From the NCBI GenBank assembly GCA_001001045.1, contig LCIL01000002.1, forward strand, positions 9,127 to 73,126: DNA of 64,000 nt, given 5' to 3'. Positions 38,748 through 48,786 of this stretch are shown piece by piece. The notes beneath the pieces are model-generated. The model saw only the letters and a program-made list of their open reading frames with translations, was not told where the DNA came from and did not search any database. The stretch comes from Candidatus Woesebacteria bacterium GW2011_GWA1_44_23 (GTDB lineage: Bacteria > Patescibacteriota > Microgenomatia > UBA8517). A program made the position numbers and the translations under genes. Positions within the stretch are counted from its first letter, which is position 1, and every line of letters starts with the position of its first letter.

Positions 38748-40979
38748 ATGAAAAAAAAGAAAAAAGTATTTTTCCGAATCACCTCCAAACTTAGGCCACT
38801 TTATACAACAAAAAAGGGTGTAAAAGGACTAATTTATTGGGGAATCGTATTTGTTGTAGGGGTTTACCTCTTTTGGGGTATTCCCCTACCAACTCGTCTG
38901 TCCTCAGCCCCCATTCCCGTCTCAACAAAAATTTTTGACCGGAACGGGAAACTTATCTACGAAATATATACCGATAAGAAAAGGACTCCTATTAAACTCA
39001 GTGAAGTACCCGAATACATGAAAGAGGCGACAATATCGATTGAAGACAAGGACTTTTATAAACACCAGGGACTTTCATATACGGGAATTATTCGTGCGAT
39101 TTTTAATACCATTTTCAAACATGAGCTTCAGGGCGGTTCTACTATTACCCAACAATTGATTAAAAATTCACTTCTGACCGACGAGAGAACAATCCGGCGC
39201 AAAGCCCAGGAACTAGTTTTAACTATGATTGTGGAAGGAATCTATTCAAAAAATCAAATCTTGGAAATGTATCTAAATGCCATACCCTATGGAGGAACCT
39301 CATACGGAGTTGAAACAGCCAGCGAAACCTATTTTGGAAAACCTGTAAAAGATCTTAGTCTCGCCCAATCGGCACTTTTGGCAGGGCTACCTCAAAGACC
39401 TTCTACTTATTCTCCGTTTGGGGCTCATCCGGAACTTGCAAAAAGCCGTCAGGAAGAAGTACTTAAACAAATGGTTGCCAATAAATATATTACTCAGGAT
39501 GATTCAGATAAAGCCGATAAAGAACCTCTAACTTATGCGTCAATTAACCCTCCACAAGCCCCCCATTTTGCTCTTTGGATTAAGGAGCAACTTGCCAACA
39601 AATACGGGGATAAAACAGTGGAACAAGGAGGTCTTAGGGTGTACACGACACTTGATCTCGATATTCAAAATTTCGCCCAACTTGCAGTCGCCACGGAGGT
39701 CGGCAAACTTAAAAAACAAAAAGTCGGGAACGGTGCCACCATCGTCACCCGGCCGGGAACCGGAGAAATTTTGGCAATGGTCGGCTCAAAAGATTACTTC
39801 GCAACCGACGAGGACGGAAACGTAAATGTTACTATTGCCTCACGTCAACCCGGAAGTTCTATTAAACCTCTCAATTATGCCCTTGCCTTAAAAAACCAAA
39901 AAATTACTCCCGCGACAGCAATTGCTGATGTGCCAACTTGTTTCAGTGTAGCGGGACAACCGGCTTATTGCCCTGTCAATTATGACGGGGGTTTCCACGG
40001 ACTGGTTGAGGTAAGATTCGCGCTGGGTAATTCATACAATATTCCCGCTGTTAAAGTTTTGGCATTAAACGGAATCGATAATTATATTGCCTTTTTAAAA
40101 CAGATGGGTCTAACCACCTTAACTGAACCTAAAGACTACGGATTATCTGCAACTTTGGGGGGAATTCTTGTGAGGCCCTATGATATGGCGGTTGCATTTG
40201 GAGTTTTTGCTAATCAGGGAATCGAACAACCGTTAATTGCAGTAACCAAAGTTATGGACTGGAAAGGCAACACCCTGGAGGAATCGGATCCGACAAAAAA
40301 TACCCTTACCGGTATTCGTGTTTTGGAACCGGCGGTAACTTTCCTAATCTCCCATATACTTTACGACAACAATGCTAGAAGTGCGGCATTTGGCCCCTCA
40401 TCTTATTTAAATGTTTCCGGACATCCCGAAGTATCAGTCAAAACGGGAACTACAAACGACAGGCGCGACAACTGGACGATCGGCTACACCGCAGACGCGG
40501 TCGTTGTCACTTGGGTCGGAAATAACGACAACACTCCCATGGGCGGAGCCGTCTCGGGGGTATCTGGGGCTTCTCCCATCTGGAATAAAATAATGAAAGC
40601 GGTCCTAGATAAAGCAGAAAAGGGCGCTTACGATCCCGCCACAAAAGGGCATGCATGGCCAAAACAACCCGATGGAGTAGTAGGTGCTACAATCTGTTCC
40701 GACACGGGAGGGTCTCCACCATCCCAAGATCCGGGCAATCCGGGGTGTCCCACTAGATTTGAATACTTTTTGAGCGGAACCGTGCCGGGAACAACAAATA
40801 TAGTTAATCAGGATGTATTTATTAATAATGCGACAGGCCAGCTTGCCATATCCTCTGATCCTCCTGACCAAATCCATACCGAAAATAAACCTACCTATAC
40901 CGACCCTAACGGAACTCTCTATTGCCTGACGTGCCCGATGGCTTCTACTTCAGCAACCATCAGATATCCTCTCTATTAA
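38748..40979 (+). CDS. Class A penicillin-binding protein (bifunctional GT51 transglycosylase/transpeptidase), copy 1
   Basis: GT51 EDKDFYKHQG; TP motifs SSIKP (SxxK), SYN (SxN), KTGTTND (KTG). Confidence 0.9.
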   Translation: MKKKKKVFFRITSKLRPLYTTKKGVKGLIYWGIVFVVGVYLFWGIPLPTRLSSAPIPVSTKIFDRNGKLIYEIYTDKKRTPIKLSEVPEYMKEATISIEDKDFYKHQGLSYTGIIRAIFNTIFKHELQGGSTITQQLIKNSLLTDERTIRRKAQELVLTMIVEGIYSKNQILEMYLNAIPYGGTSYGVETASETYFGKPVKDLSLAQSALLAGLPQRPSTYSPFGAHPELAKSRQEEVLKQMVANKYITQDDSDKADKEPLTYASINPPQAPHFALWIKEQLANKYGDKTVEQGGLRVYTTLDLDIQNFAQLAVATEVGKLKKQKVGNGATIVTRPGTGEILAMVGSKDYFATDEDGNVNVTIASRQPGSSIKPLNYALALKNQKITPATAIADVPTCFSVAGQPAYCPVNYDGGFHGLVEVRFALGNSYNIPAVKVLALNGIDNYIAFLKQMGLTTLTEPKDYGLSATLGGILVRPYDMAVAFGVFANQGIEQPLIAVTKVMDWKGNTLEESDPTKNTLTGIRVLEPAVTFLISHILYDNNARSAAFGPSSYLNVSGHPEVSVKTGTTNDRRDNWTIGYTADAVVVTWVGNNDNTPMGGAVSGVSGASPIWNKIMKAVLDKAEKGAYDPATKGHAWPKQPDGVVGATICSDTGGSPPSQDPGNPGCPTRFEYFLSGTVPGTTNIVNQDVFINNATGQLAISSDPPDQIHTENKPTYTDPNGTLYCLTCPMASTSATIRYPLY

Positions 40980-41024
40980 TCTAGCCTGTCTTTCCTTTCA
41001 ATTTACTGCTACAATTCGCGACAA

Positions 41025-43382
41025 ATGATCAAAGCTGTTAAACGCGTATTGATCCTAACCGGCAGGCCTGTCTACTTCGTCCTGTCCCAAGCGGCTCTCG
41101 GCCTGGCCCTGCTTTCCCATGCAATAAGCCAATGGGATAAAAAACGAAAGAAAACAAAAGTTATTTATAGGAGCTTCAATTTCCCTAAATTAAAATTCCC
41201 GAGGCTAACTCTACCTAAATTCGAATTTCCGTCGGTTGGTCCCACGTTTAAACTTAAGGAGCTGCGATTTACCCTTCTGGAACTAAAAGTTTTATCCCGA
41301 ATTAAAAAAACCGCAGGGAGGCTCTCAAAAAAAATCCGTGCCCGCAAATTTAAACCAACCCTAAGATTAGTACTGCCGGTTTGTCTTCTTTTGTTCCTAA
41401 TGATTGCTTTTTATTTTTATATTTTACGGGGCCTTCCTTCCCCTAAAGAGCTTGACGCTCGGGAGCCTGAAGTTTCTACCAAAATATATGATCGAAACGG
41501 CAACCTTTTGTATAAAATCTATAAGGATCAGAATAGGAGCATTGTTCCCCTGACGCAAATTCCCATCCACGTCAGGCTTGCAACCCTGGCGGCAGAGGAT
41601 GCCGAATTTTACTCCCACCCGGGGTTTTCAATTAGGGGGATTTTTCGGGCCGTGGTCCAGGATCTTCAGACCGATTCTATTCAGGGCGGTTCCACCATCA
41701 CCCAACAGCTTGTCAAAAACACTCTTCTTACTCCGGAAAAAACCATTACCCGTAAGATAAAGGAACTGATCCTATCTATCGAGGTCGAGGCGAACTACAC
41801 CAAAGACCAAATATTGGAGATGTATCTTAACGAGGTGAGCTACGGAGGAACCGCGTATGGGATTCAGGAAGCTTCCGAATCATATTTCGGTAAAGATGTG
41901 GGAAGCCTTGACCTGGCAGAAGCGGCACTTTTGGCGGGGTTGCCCAGAAGCCCCACTACATATTCCCCCTTCGGTCCGAATCCAACCCTTGCCATGGAAA
42001 GACAAAAAGAGGTGCTCCACCTTATGCAGGTGAATAAATATATTACAGTCGATCAGGAAGTTGCGGCGGCGAATGAAAGACTAACTTTTAAGCCAAATAA
42101 AACCGAGATTAGAGCTCCTCATTTTGTAATGTATATTAGACAGCTGCTTGTGAATAAATACGGTGAGGACATGGTCGAAAAAGGAGGACTTGAAGTAACT
42201 ACCAGTCTTGACCTCCCCATTCAGGTAATGGCAGAGCAGGTAGTACAGTCTGAGGTTGAAAAACTCAGGGGGCTCCATGTTGGAAACGGATCAGCCGTCG
42301 TGGTAAACCCGCAAACGGGCGAGATTCTTGCTATGGTCGGGTCAAAAAATTATTTTGATATTGCCAATGACGGAAACGTTAACGTGACAACAAGCCTTAG
42401 ACAACCCGGCTCATCAATTAAGGTGGTCAATTACGCATACGCTCTAGCAAACGGTTATACTCCCGCCACGATAATTGATGATTCTCCTATCACATACGTA
42501 ACCCCCGGCACTACCCCTTACTCCCCTGTCAATTATGACGGACAATTTAAAGGAAGGGTTCCTCTTAGAAGCGCCCTTGCTCAAAGCCGCAATATACCGG
42601 CAGTAAAAGTTTTGGCCTCTTACGGTGTAGCTAAAATGATTGAGGAGGGACAAAAAATGGGAATCACAACTTGGACGGATCCTTCCAATTACGGCTTGTC
42701 ATTAACTCTGGGAGGGGGGGCGGTAACCGCACTCGATTTATCAAAAGTTTACTCAACGATTGCCAATTACGGAAAACGTCCCGAACCTTTACCTATTTTA
42801 TCGGTAAAGGATTACAGGGGCAGAACTTTGGAAAAAAATAGTCCCGAAACTTCCGATGTTATCGACCCCAGAGTTGCCTTTATCCTTACCGATATCCTGA
42901 AAGATAACGGAGCCCGTGCGCCGGAATTCGGACTAGCCTCTTACCTTGTAATCAAAAATCATCCTGAAGTTGCGGTAAAAACCGGAACCAGTAACGACCT
43001 GAGGGATAACTGGACCGCCGGATACAACCAAAACTACCTCGTGGTAACCTGGGTTGGTAACAATGACAATTCCCCCATGAGCCGTATCGCCTCGGGTGTT
43101 ACGGGAGCCTCTCCCATTTGGAATAAAATTATGTCGGCAATTTTAAGCGAAAAACCCTCCATTGATTGGAAAGTGCCCGACGGAGTGAGTAAAGTAAATA
43201 TCTGTTCCATCACGGGAACTTTGCCCTGCAATGACTGCCCGACAAAACAGGAATGGTTCTTTGATGAAAATAAACCGACTAAATACTGCACTACTGAGCA
43301 AATTCAAAAAATATTGAGCCCTTCCCCAATCCCCGGTCAAAATATTCTTGATAGCGGGGCAAACACACGGTTTACACGCTAA
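41025..43382 (+). CDS. Class A penicillin-binding protein, copy 2 (tandem paralog)
   Basis: GT51 EDAEFYSHPG; SSIKV, KTGTSND; 785 aa with an extended N-terminal region. Confidence 0.9.
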   Translation: MIKAVKRVLILTGRPVYFVLSQAALGLALLSHAISQWDKKRKKTKVIYRSFNFPKLKFPRLTLPKFEFPSVGPTFKLKELRFTLLELKVLSRIKKTAGRLSKKIRARKFKPTLRLVLPVCLLLFLMIAFYFYILRGLPSPKELDAREPEVSTKIYDRNGNLLYKIYKDQNRSIVPLTQIPIHVRLATLAAEDAEFYSHPGFSIRGIFRAVVQDLQTDSIQGGSTITQQLVKNTLLTPEKTITRKIKELILSIEVEANYTKDQILEMYLNEVSYGGTAYGIQEASESYFGKDVGSLDLAEAALLAGLPRSPTTYSPFGPNPTLAMERQKEVLHLMQVNKYITVDQEVAAANERLTFKPNKTEIRAPHFVMYIRQLLVNKYGEDMVEKGGLEVTTSLDLPIQVMAEQVVQSEVEKLRGLHVGNGSAVVVNPQTGEILAMVGSKNYFDIANDGNVNVTTSLRQPGSSIKVVNYAYALANGYTPATIIDDSPITYVTPGTTPYSPVNYDGQFKGRVPLRSALAQSRNIPAVKVLASYGVAKMIEEGQKMGITTWTDPSNYGLSLTLGGGAVTALDLSKVYSTIANYGKRPEPLPILSVKDYRGRTLEKNSPETSDVIDPRVAFILTDILKDNGARAPEFGLASYLVIKNHPEVAVKTGTSNDLRDNWTAGYNQNYLVVTWVGNNDNSPMSRIASGVTGASPIWNKIMSAILSEKPSIDWKVPDGVSKVNICSITGTLPCNDCPTKQEWFFDENKPTKYCTTEQIQKILSPSPIPGQNILDSGANTRFTR

Positions 43383-44037
43383 GTTCCCTGTAAAGAAGAT
43401 ACAAAGGCAGCATATAAAGCCCTCCAGAAAGACTATTGACAACCGACCCCACCCCGTAAGGAACCATGCTTAAAATTATTTGAATAATCACCGTGAACAT
43501 GCCAAAAACTATTAACCTCCCAAGGACTTCCCAATAGACCCCTTTTACCAATTGTCTGCTTTTTAACAAAGACAATTTCACTCCTGTGTTTTTTTCAACC
43601 ATCACAAATCGGCTGAAAGCAAACCAAACAATAAAAAGCAGCCCTGGAACGATCAGAAGTATAAAACCAAATAAGTAAGCCAGGGTAAGAACGGTGCTCA
43701 AAAGGAGAAACGCCCAATAAACTTTCCAGGCAGACATAAAAGTTTTTTTGACCGAAAGTTCCTCCCCCTCGGCAACTTTTCTCAAGGCTATTATCCCCGA
43801 TACTGTAGTGAATGCTCCTACCAAAAGAGAAAGCACTTGCAAAACCCCCAACCCCAGGCTAAACCATGAGACACTTGTGTCTGCAACTGACACCGGAAGA
43901 TAATTTTGGATTCCTGAAAGGATTGAAAACGGCAAAAGGGGTAAATAAATTTTAACCAGAAAGTAAAAATTTTCCTTCTTTGCAAAAATATTAACGGCCT
44001 TTTTTATTAAACCAAAGGGTGACGAAAGTTTTTGCAT
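43372..44037 (-). CDS. Polytopic membrane protein, hypothetical
   Basis: 221 aa, 5-6 TM helices. Confidence 0.45.
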   Translation of the reverse strand: MQKLSSPFGLIKKAVNIFAKKENFYFLVKIYLPLLPFSILSGIQNYLPVSVADTSVSWFSLGLGVLQVLSLLVGAFTTVSGIIALRKVAEGEELSVKKTFMSAWKVYWAFLLLSTVLTLAYLFGFILLIVPGLLFIVWFAFSRFVMVEKNTGVKLSLLKSRQLVKGVYWEVLGRLIVFGMFTVIIQIILSMVPYGVGSVVNSLSGGLYMLPLYLLYRELSV

Positions 44038-44038
44038 A

Positions 44039-44383
44039 TCATTCCCTACCGACTATTATAGTTTCCTCTTTGAATATATTCAAAGAGTTGATGTCAAATT
44101 CCGGCAAATTCAACCGTAGCGTGTTTTTGCCCGCTGCACCGAAGGCCAGTATAGCCGAGACGATTGCCGTGACAACCAAGACTATCAGAACAACCATTCT
44201 TTCCTTCTTTCCCCAAGGCTTTGGGGGCTCTTTTCTCTTTTTTTTGTTCTGGGGTTTAAGATCCCGAAAATTTTTTGTAAATTTTTTGTCCCCCCTGCCG
44301 AATTCCCCATCAAATTCATCCTCGTCAGAATAATCGCCTCTGGCGTCAAATTCTTCATTTTTCTTCCTTCCAAAAAGTGCCAT
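44039..44383 (-). CDS. Hypothetical small membrane-anchored protein
   Basis: Charged N-terminus, one TM helix. Confidence 0.35.
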   Translation of the reverse strand: MALFGRKKNEEFDARGDYSDEDEFDGEFGRGDKKFTKNFRDLKPQNKKKRKEPPKPWGKKERMVVLIVLVVTAIVSAILAFGAAGKNTLRLNLPEFDINSLNIFKEETIIVGRE

Positions 44384-44392
44384 AAGAGGTAT

Positions 44393-45400
44393 TTATTTTC
44401 TCCGTGTTTCCCAAACTTTTCCATCGATCATATTTTGGGGTTTGATTCCGCTTGCAACATCAAGAATCGCCGCCACTGACTGTTCCCCCATTTTTTGTCT
44501 TGCCTCCACGGTCGCCGAAGCAATGTGCGGAGTCATAATGACATTTGGCATGGATAAAAGCTTGGCGCTGATATTCGGTTCGCTTTCAAAAACATCCAAT
44601 GCCGCACCTCCTAATCTCCCGCAGTCCAGCGCTTCTATCAAGTCACTTTCATCAACAATGGGTCCCCTCGCGGTATTGACCAAGTAAGACCCCTGCTTCA
44701 TCTTTCCTAAAGTATCTTTGTTGATCATTCCCCGGGTCTCACCTGTCAAGGGAACATGAAGTGACACAAAGTCCGATGCGGTCAGAAGTTCGTCAAGGGT
44801 AACAAACTTTATTCCAAGTTCCTTTTCCGCCTCCGGATCCTGTTCGTGTTTGTTATAAAGGACTGTAAGATCATACCCCTTGGCACGCCTCGCCACCATC
44901 GAACCGATCCTGCCCAAGCCGATTATCCCCAACGTCTTACCTTTTACCGCAGGACCTAAAAATAAATCCGGCTCCCAGCCCCTGTATCCGCCGGAACCGG
45001 CAAAATAGCCCTGATTTCTGACAAATTCGTCAGATTCTACAACTCTTCTTGCCAGGGCCAAAACCAAAGCCCAAGTATGTTCAGCAACAGCTTCGTTCAC
45101 CTCATCACTTGGAGTGTTCGTTACTATTATTCCTCTGTCCTTCGCCGCCTCAACATCAATATTGTCAAACCCCACCGCGTAGTTAGAGATCATTTTAAGC
45201 TGCGGGCCAATTGCATCCATCAAATCGGCGTCAATCCGGTCAGTCAAAAGTGAGAGGAGTGCATCAACTCCCCTTGATTTTTCCAAAAGTTCTTCAGGAG
45301 TAAGCGGTCTATCAAATTCCGAGATGATGACTTCATTACCGTCAATTTTCAGTTTTTCTAAACTATTACCTGGAATCTTTCTGGTAACAAAAATTTTCAT
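44393..45400 (-). CDS. D-isomer-specific 2-hydroxyacid dehydrogenase (glycerate/hydroxypyruvate/phosphoglycerate dehydrogenase family)
   Basis: NAD motif GIIGLGRIGSMVARR; catalytic His region. Confidence 0.8.
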   Translation of the reverse strand: MKIFVTRKIPGNSLEKLKIDGNEVIISEFDRPLTPEELLEKSRGVDALLSLLTDRIDADLMDAIGPQLKMISNYAVGFDNIDVEAAKDRGIIVTNTPSDEVNEAVAEHTWALVLALARRVVESDEFVRNQGYFAGSGGYRGWEPDLFLGPAVKGKTLGIIGLGRIGSMVARRAKGYDLTVLYNKHEQDPEAEKELGIKFVTLDELLTASDFVSLHVPLTGETRGMINKDTLGKMKQGSYLVNTARGPIVDESDLIEALDCGRLGGAALDVFESEPNISAKLLSMPNVIMTPHIASATVEARQKMGEQSVAAILDVASGIKPQNMIDGKVWETRRK

Positions 45401-45403
45401 CGG

Positions 45404-46402
45404 TTAAAATTGTACAACACCCACACCGCTGCTTTTACATCTCGCCAGCCAGGAGTCCATTTCATTAAGTTTTAGAAGTCCCTTTTGGCTGCCGGTGTAG
45501 CCTATCACCGAAGCCGAGTTGCAAGTTCCCCAAAGCAAAGCCTCATCAAGAGATTTACCGTGAATAAGAGCTGAGAGCGCTCCGCTTCCAAAGGCGTCCC
45601 CCGCCCCTGTTCTTTCATATGCATCAACCGGCAGAGTCCCCATCTTCAAAAACCTCCCATTCACACTATCGTAAGCAAAAGATCCCACTCCCCCGTCTGT
45701 AATAATGCAGACTTTTGGACCGATTTTATTTAAAGCGATTAAAAGATCTCTTTCTTTTTCCGCCGAATCCCCAAAACCCGTCAGTTTTTCCGCTTCTTCC
45801 CGATTTACGTAAATCAGGTAGGTTGAATTCATTACTTCTCGAAACGCCTCAAGCCCGCTTCTAAGTTGCCAGCTACCGGGGTTAAATACAAGCTTAGTAG
45901 AGGGATTTTTCTTTAGCCACTCGATAAAGTGGTTGTAAAAGGGTCTGAAACTTTCACCCATCGAAGTCAGATAAACCCAGGGCGCCAGGGGAAGTTTGAC
46001 GGGAAATTCATAACTTCTCGGGGCATGGTAAACAAAAATTGTACGCTCACCCGAATAGTTAATTATTGTTGAATAATTGGACGTGGTCCCCGGCTGCTGG
46101 ATTATATAAGTAGGATCCACCCCTTCTTCCTTCAAACGGGAGACTATCATTTCCCCGACGCTGTCTTGGCCCAGCGTTAGAACTATAGAGGACACCACCC
46201 CTAACCTTCTCGTGCCTACGGCATTATTGGCGGCATTGCCTCCAATCGAAAATTCCAAATTTTTAACGGGGATTTTGTCTCCATAGGAAAATGCTATCAA
46301 ACACTCTTTTGTGTCTATCCGGCAAAGAGTTTCGCTCTCGACAGGAGTCATAAAAGTGTCTATGGTTGCATCCCCTATGCTTAATAAATCAATGTTTTCC
46401 AT
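45404..46402 (-). CDS. PfkB-family carbohydrate kinase
   Basis: GAGDAFGSG motif; 332 aa. Confidence 0.8.
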   Translation of the reverse strand: MENIDLLSIGDATIDTFMTPVESETLCRIDTKECLIAFSYGDKIPVKNLEFSIGGNAANNAVGTRRLGVVSSIVLTLGQDSVGEMIVSRLKEEGVDPTYIIQQPGTTSNYSTIINYSGERTIFVYHAPRSYEFPVKLPLAPWVYLTSMGESFRPFYNHFIEWLKKNPSTKLVFNPGSWQLRSGLEAFREVMNSTYLIYVNREEAEKLTGFGDSAEKERDLLIALNKIGPKVCIITDGGVGSFAYDSVNGRFLKMGTLPVDAYERTGAGDAFGSGALSALIHGKSLDEALLWGTCNSASVIGYTGSQKGLLKLNEMDSWLARCKSSGVGVVQF

Positions 46403-47365
46403 TTATAGCTCCCCCTTCCTCGCTTTCGAGACCTTTATCAATCTGTCTAAAAAGGTGTTCTGGGCATACTCAATGTTTTCATCTTTCCCCGACCACTGTC
46501 TCATGGTCTCCTCCTGTAATGCTCTTGAAAATGAAAATGAAAGGGGCCACGGACAATCCCCCCTCCTTTTGACAATCTCATTCAGATTATTTGTCGCCTC
46601 ATCGGGCGTTTGCCCTCCGGAAAGGAAGACTATTCCCCCAACTTCCGGCGGAACGGATTGCTTCAAAGAACGCAAGGTGACTTCTGCTACCTCGAGGGGC
46701 GCAGCTTTTACCCCACTGTCTTTACCAGGAAGAACCATATTTGTTTTTAGAATAAGATTTTTTAAATCAATACCGGCAATATTCAACTTTTCAAAAAGGA
46801 TCCGGCAGACTTTAACGGAAACTTCTGCGCAGCGCGTAGTCGTGTGATTGCCATCAAGTTGCACTTCGGGTTCTACAATAGGGGTAAACCCAGTGATCTG
46901 GGAGATTTTAGCAAATTGGGCCATTCTGTTTAAATCCTCCTCCAAAAATGCGTCTGTGGGAAAAATGTCCGATATTCTAACAGCTGCCCTCCATTTGGTA
47001 AATTTAAGACCGAGTACCGAATATTCTTTAAGCCGCGTATCGAGTCCATCCAGTCCTTTTGTAATTTGTTCTTCACTGCCGTTGAAGGATTCAAGCCCCC
47101 CGTCCACCTTAATTCCGGGAACAATGTCTTTTTCCTGAAGTATATTGTGTAAATTTTGCCGAACAGATTCGTCAAATAAAATTACTCCTCCCAAATAATT
47201 CTCAATTCCAGATGTGTTAAAAAGCATTTCTCTGTATTTTTTATTTAATTCGGGAGTTGAAGTTAAGCCCAACGTAGCAAATCTCTTCTCAATTGTATGT
47301 GTGCTCTCGTCGGCGGCGAGGATTCCCTTTCCCGGCGCAAAGAGTTTCTTAATCGTTTCTTCCAC
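46403..47365 (-). CDS. fba: Fructose-bisphosphate aldolase, class I
   Basis: GKGILAADES signature; 320 aa. Confidence 0.85.
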   Translation of the reverse strand: MEETIKKLFAPGKGILAADESTHTIEKRFATLGLTSTPELNKKYREMLFNTSGIENYLGGVILFDESVRQNLHNILQEKDIVPGIKVDGGLESFNGSEEQITKGLDGLDTRLKEYSVLGLKFTKWRAAVRISDIFPTDAFLEEDLNRMAQFAKISQITGFTPIVEPEVQLDGNHTTTRCAEVSVKVCRILFEKLNIAGIDLKNLILKTNMVLPGKDSGVKAAPLEVAEVTLRSLKQSVPPEVGGIVFLSGGQTPDEATNNLNEIVKRRGDCPWPLSFSFSRALQEETMRQWSGKDENIEYAQNTFLDRLIKVSKARKGEL

Positions 47366-47408
47366 GGCAGTTCATGATTAGTGTACAATATTTCTATATG
47401 GATCCCCA

Positions 47409-47554
47409 AGTCCCAGATGCCGAGCGGGTGGTGAGTGTTGAACCGAATCAAGCTACCGAATCACGAGTTGAAAGGCAACAAAGTCCCAGATGCCGAGCGG
47501 GTGGTGAGTGTTGAACCGAATCAAGCTACCGAATCACGAGTTGAAAGGCAACAA
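47409..47554. repeat. Perfect tandem direct duplication, 2 x 73 bp
   Basis: 47409-47481 is identical to 47482-47554; spans the start codon region of the downstream gene. Confidence 0.9.
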
Positions 47555-48142
47555 CCCAAAGATAACCATTGGATTACAATTCTTGCCATGGCAACATTTG
47601 TCCTTTTTTCGCTTGGCGTTGTTGTCTTCCTTTATTATCAAAATCAACAACTTAAAAACATGCTCGCCTCTTTCCAACCGCAGACAATCCCTACTCCGAC
47701 AGTCCTCGCATCACCCTCCCCAAATGTTGAGACCCCCATCGTCTCCTCCCCTTCGGCAAATATGAAAGTAGCCAGTCCCTTAAAAATCACCGGCAAGGTA
47801 CCGGCCGGTTGGATGAATGAGGGGGTTTTCCCCATAAAACTTGTGGACGCCAACAAAAAATTGATTGTTCAAGGGCAGGCTAAGGAAAATGTGCCGGGAA
47901 CCTGGTTAAGCGGAAACTCGGTAAGTTTTACCGCAACTCTCACTTTTGATACCAATTCCGCGTCGGGCTTTTTAGTCCTGGAAAATGATAACCCGAGTGG
48001 AGATCCTGCCAATTCAAAAACATATGAAGTGCCTGTCAAATTTTCGGAAAACGTTGCCTGCACCCTAGACGCAAAACTTTGTCCTGATGGAAGCTATGTT
48101 TCAAGAACCGGGCCCAATTGTGAGTTTGCGCCCTGCCCATAA
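47435..48142 (+). CDS. Membrane-anchored Gmad2 immunoglobulin-like domain protein
   Basis: TM helix, then ITGKVPAGWMNEGVFPIKLVD...SFTATLTF...LENDNPSG (Gmad2-like). The N-terminus is created by the 73-bp duplication; an alternative GTG start lies inside the repeat. Confidence 0.6.
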   Translation: MLNRIKLPNHELKGNKVPDAERVVSVEPNQATESRVERQQPKDNHWITILAMATFVLFSLGVVVFLYYQNQQLKNMLASFQPQTIPTPTVLASPSPNVETPIVSSPSANMKVASPLKITGKVPAGWMNEGVFPIKLVDANKKLIVQGQAKENVPGTWLSGNSVSFTATLTFDTNSASGFLVLENDNPSGDPANSKTYEVPVKFSENVACTLDAKLCPDGSYVSRTGPNCEFAPCP

Positions 48143-48786
48143 TGAAACAAAAAGGTTTTGCGCCGATTATTATTCTTCTTGTAATCACTGTTATAGGTGG
48201 GGTTGGATACTTCGCATACATAAAAGGATATCTAAATTACTTCATCCCTAAATCAAACTTTAATTCGATACCAATCCCCCCTCCTAGTTCAGATTTAACT
48301 GCCAATTGGAAAACATATACAAATACAAAATATGGATACACGATCGAATATCCGAGCAACTATTTTGTTGGTTTCTACGACGTAATTAGTGGCAATTTTA
48401 ACGCAGCCACCGGGGCAGAACATCAACTTGACATGCTTCCACCCACTAAAGATGTGTTCAACAATTTCCTCCAAATTCAAGTGGTTAATCTAAAAGAACT
48501 AAACAAAACATTCATAGAGGTGGTGAACAACAATTATAAAGAAAGCAAAAATCATTTCCAAACTACCAGCATTAGCGATTTGGTTAATTCTAAATTTGCA
48601 GGCTATTCAGATTATGAATATTCATTTACCGGCCAGGCTTTAGAGACGATTGGTTGGGGTGGCGTGGTTACTAAGGGAACATACAAAGTTATTTTTTTCC
48701 AAAAAGACGGAAACATATACTCTATATACCTAAAAGATAGCGATAGCTTTAATAAAATTCTCTCCACATTCAAATTCGCAGACTAG
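48142..48786 (+). CDS. Hypothetical secreted protein with N-terminal TM
   Basis: 214 aa. Confidence 0.45.
   Translation: MKQKGFAPIIILLVITVIGGVGYFAYIKGYLNYFIPKSNFNSIPIPPPSSDLTANWKTYTNTKYGYTIEYPSNYFVGFYDVISGNFNAATGAEHQLDMLPPTKDVFNNFLQIQVVNLKELNKTFIEVVNNNYKESKNHFQTTSISDLVNSKFAGYSDYEYSFTGQALETIGWGGVVTKGTYKVIFFQKDGNIYSIYLKDSDSFNKILSTFKFAD

Noticed and set aside
47508-47765. Second MLNRIKLPNHELKGN... ORF (85 aa) starting in copy 2 of the 73-bp repeat
   Set aside because: This is the same ATG as at 47435 but read in the frame that does not continue into the conserved TM/Gmad2 body. It is a by-product of the tandem duplication rather than a separate gene.
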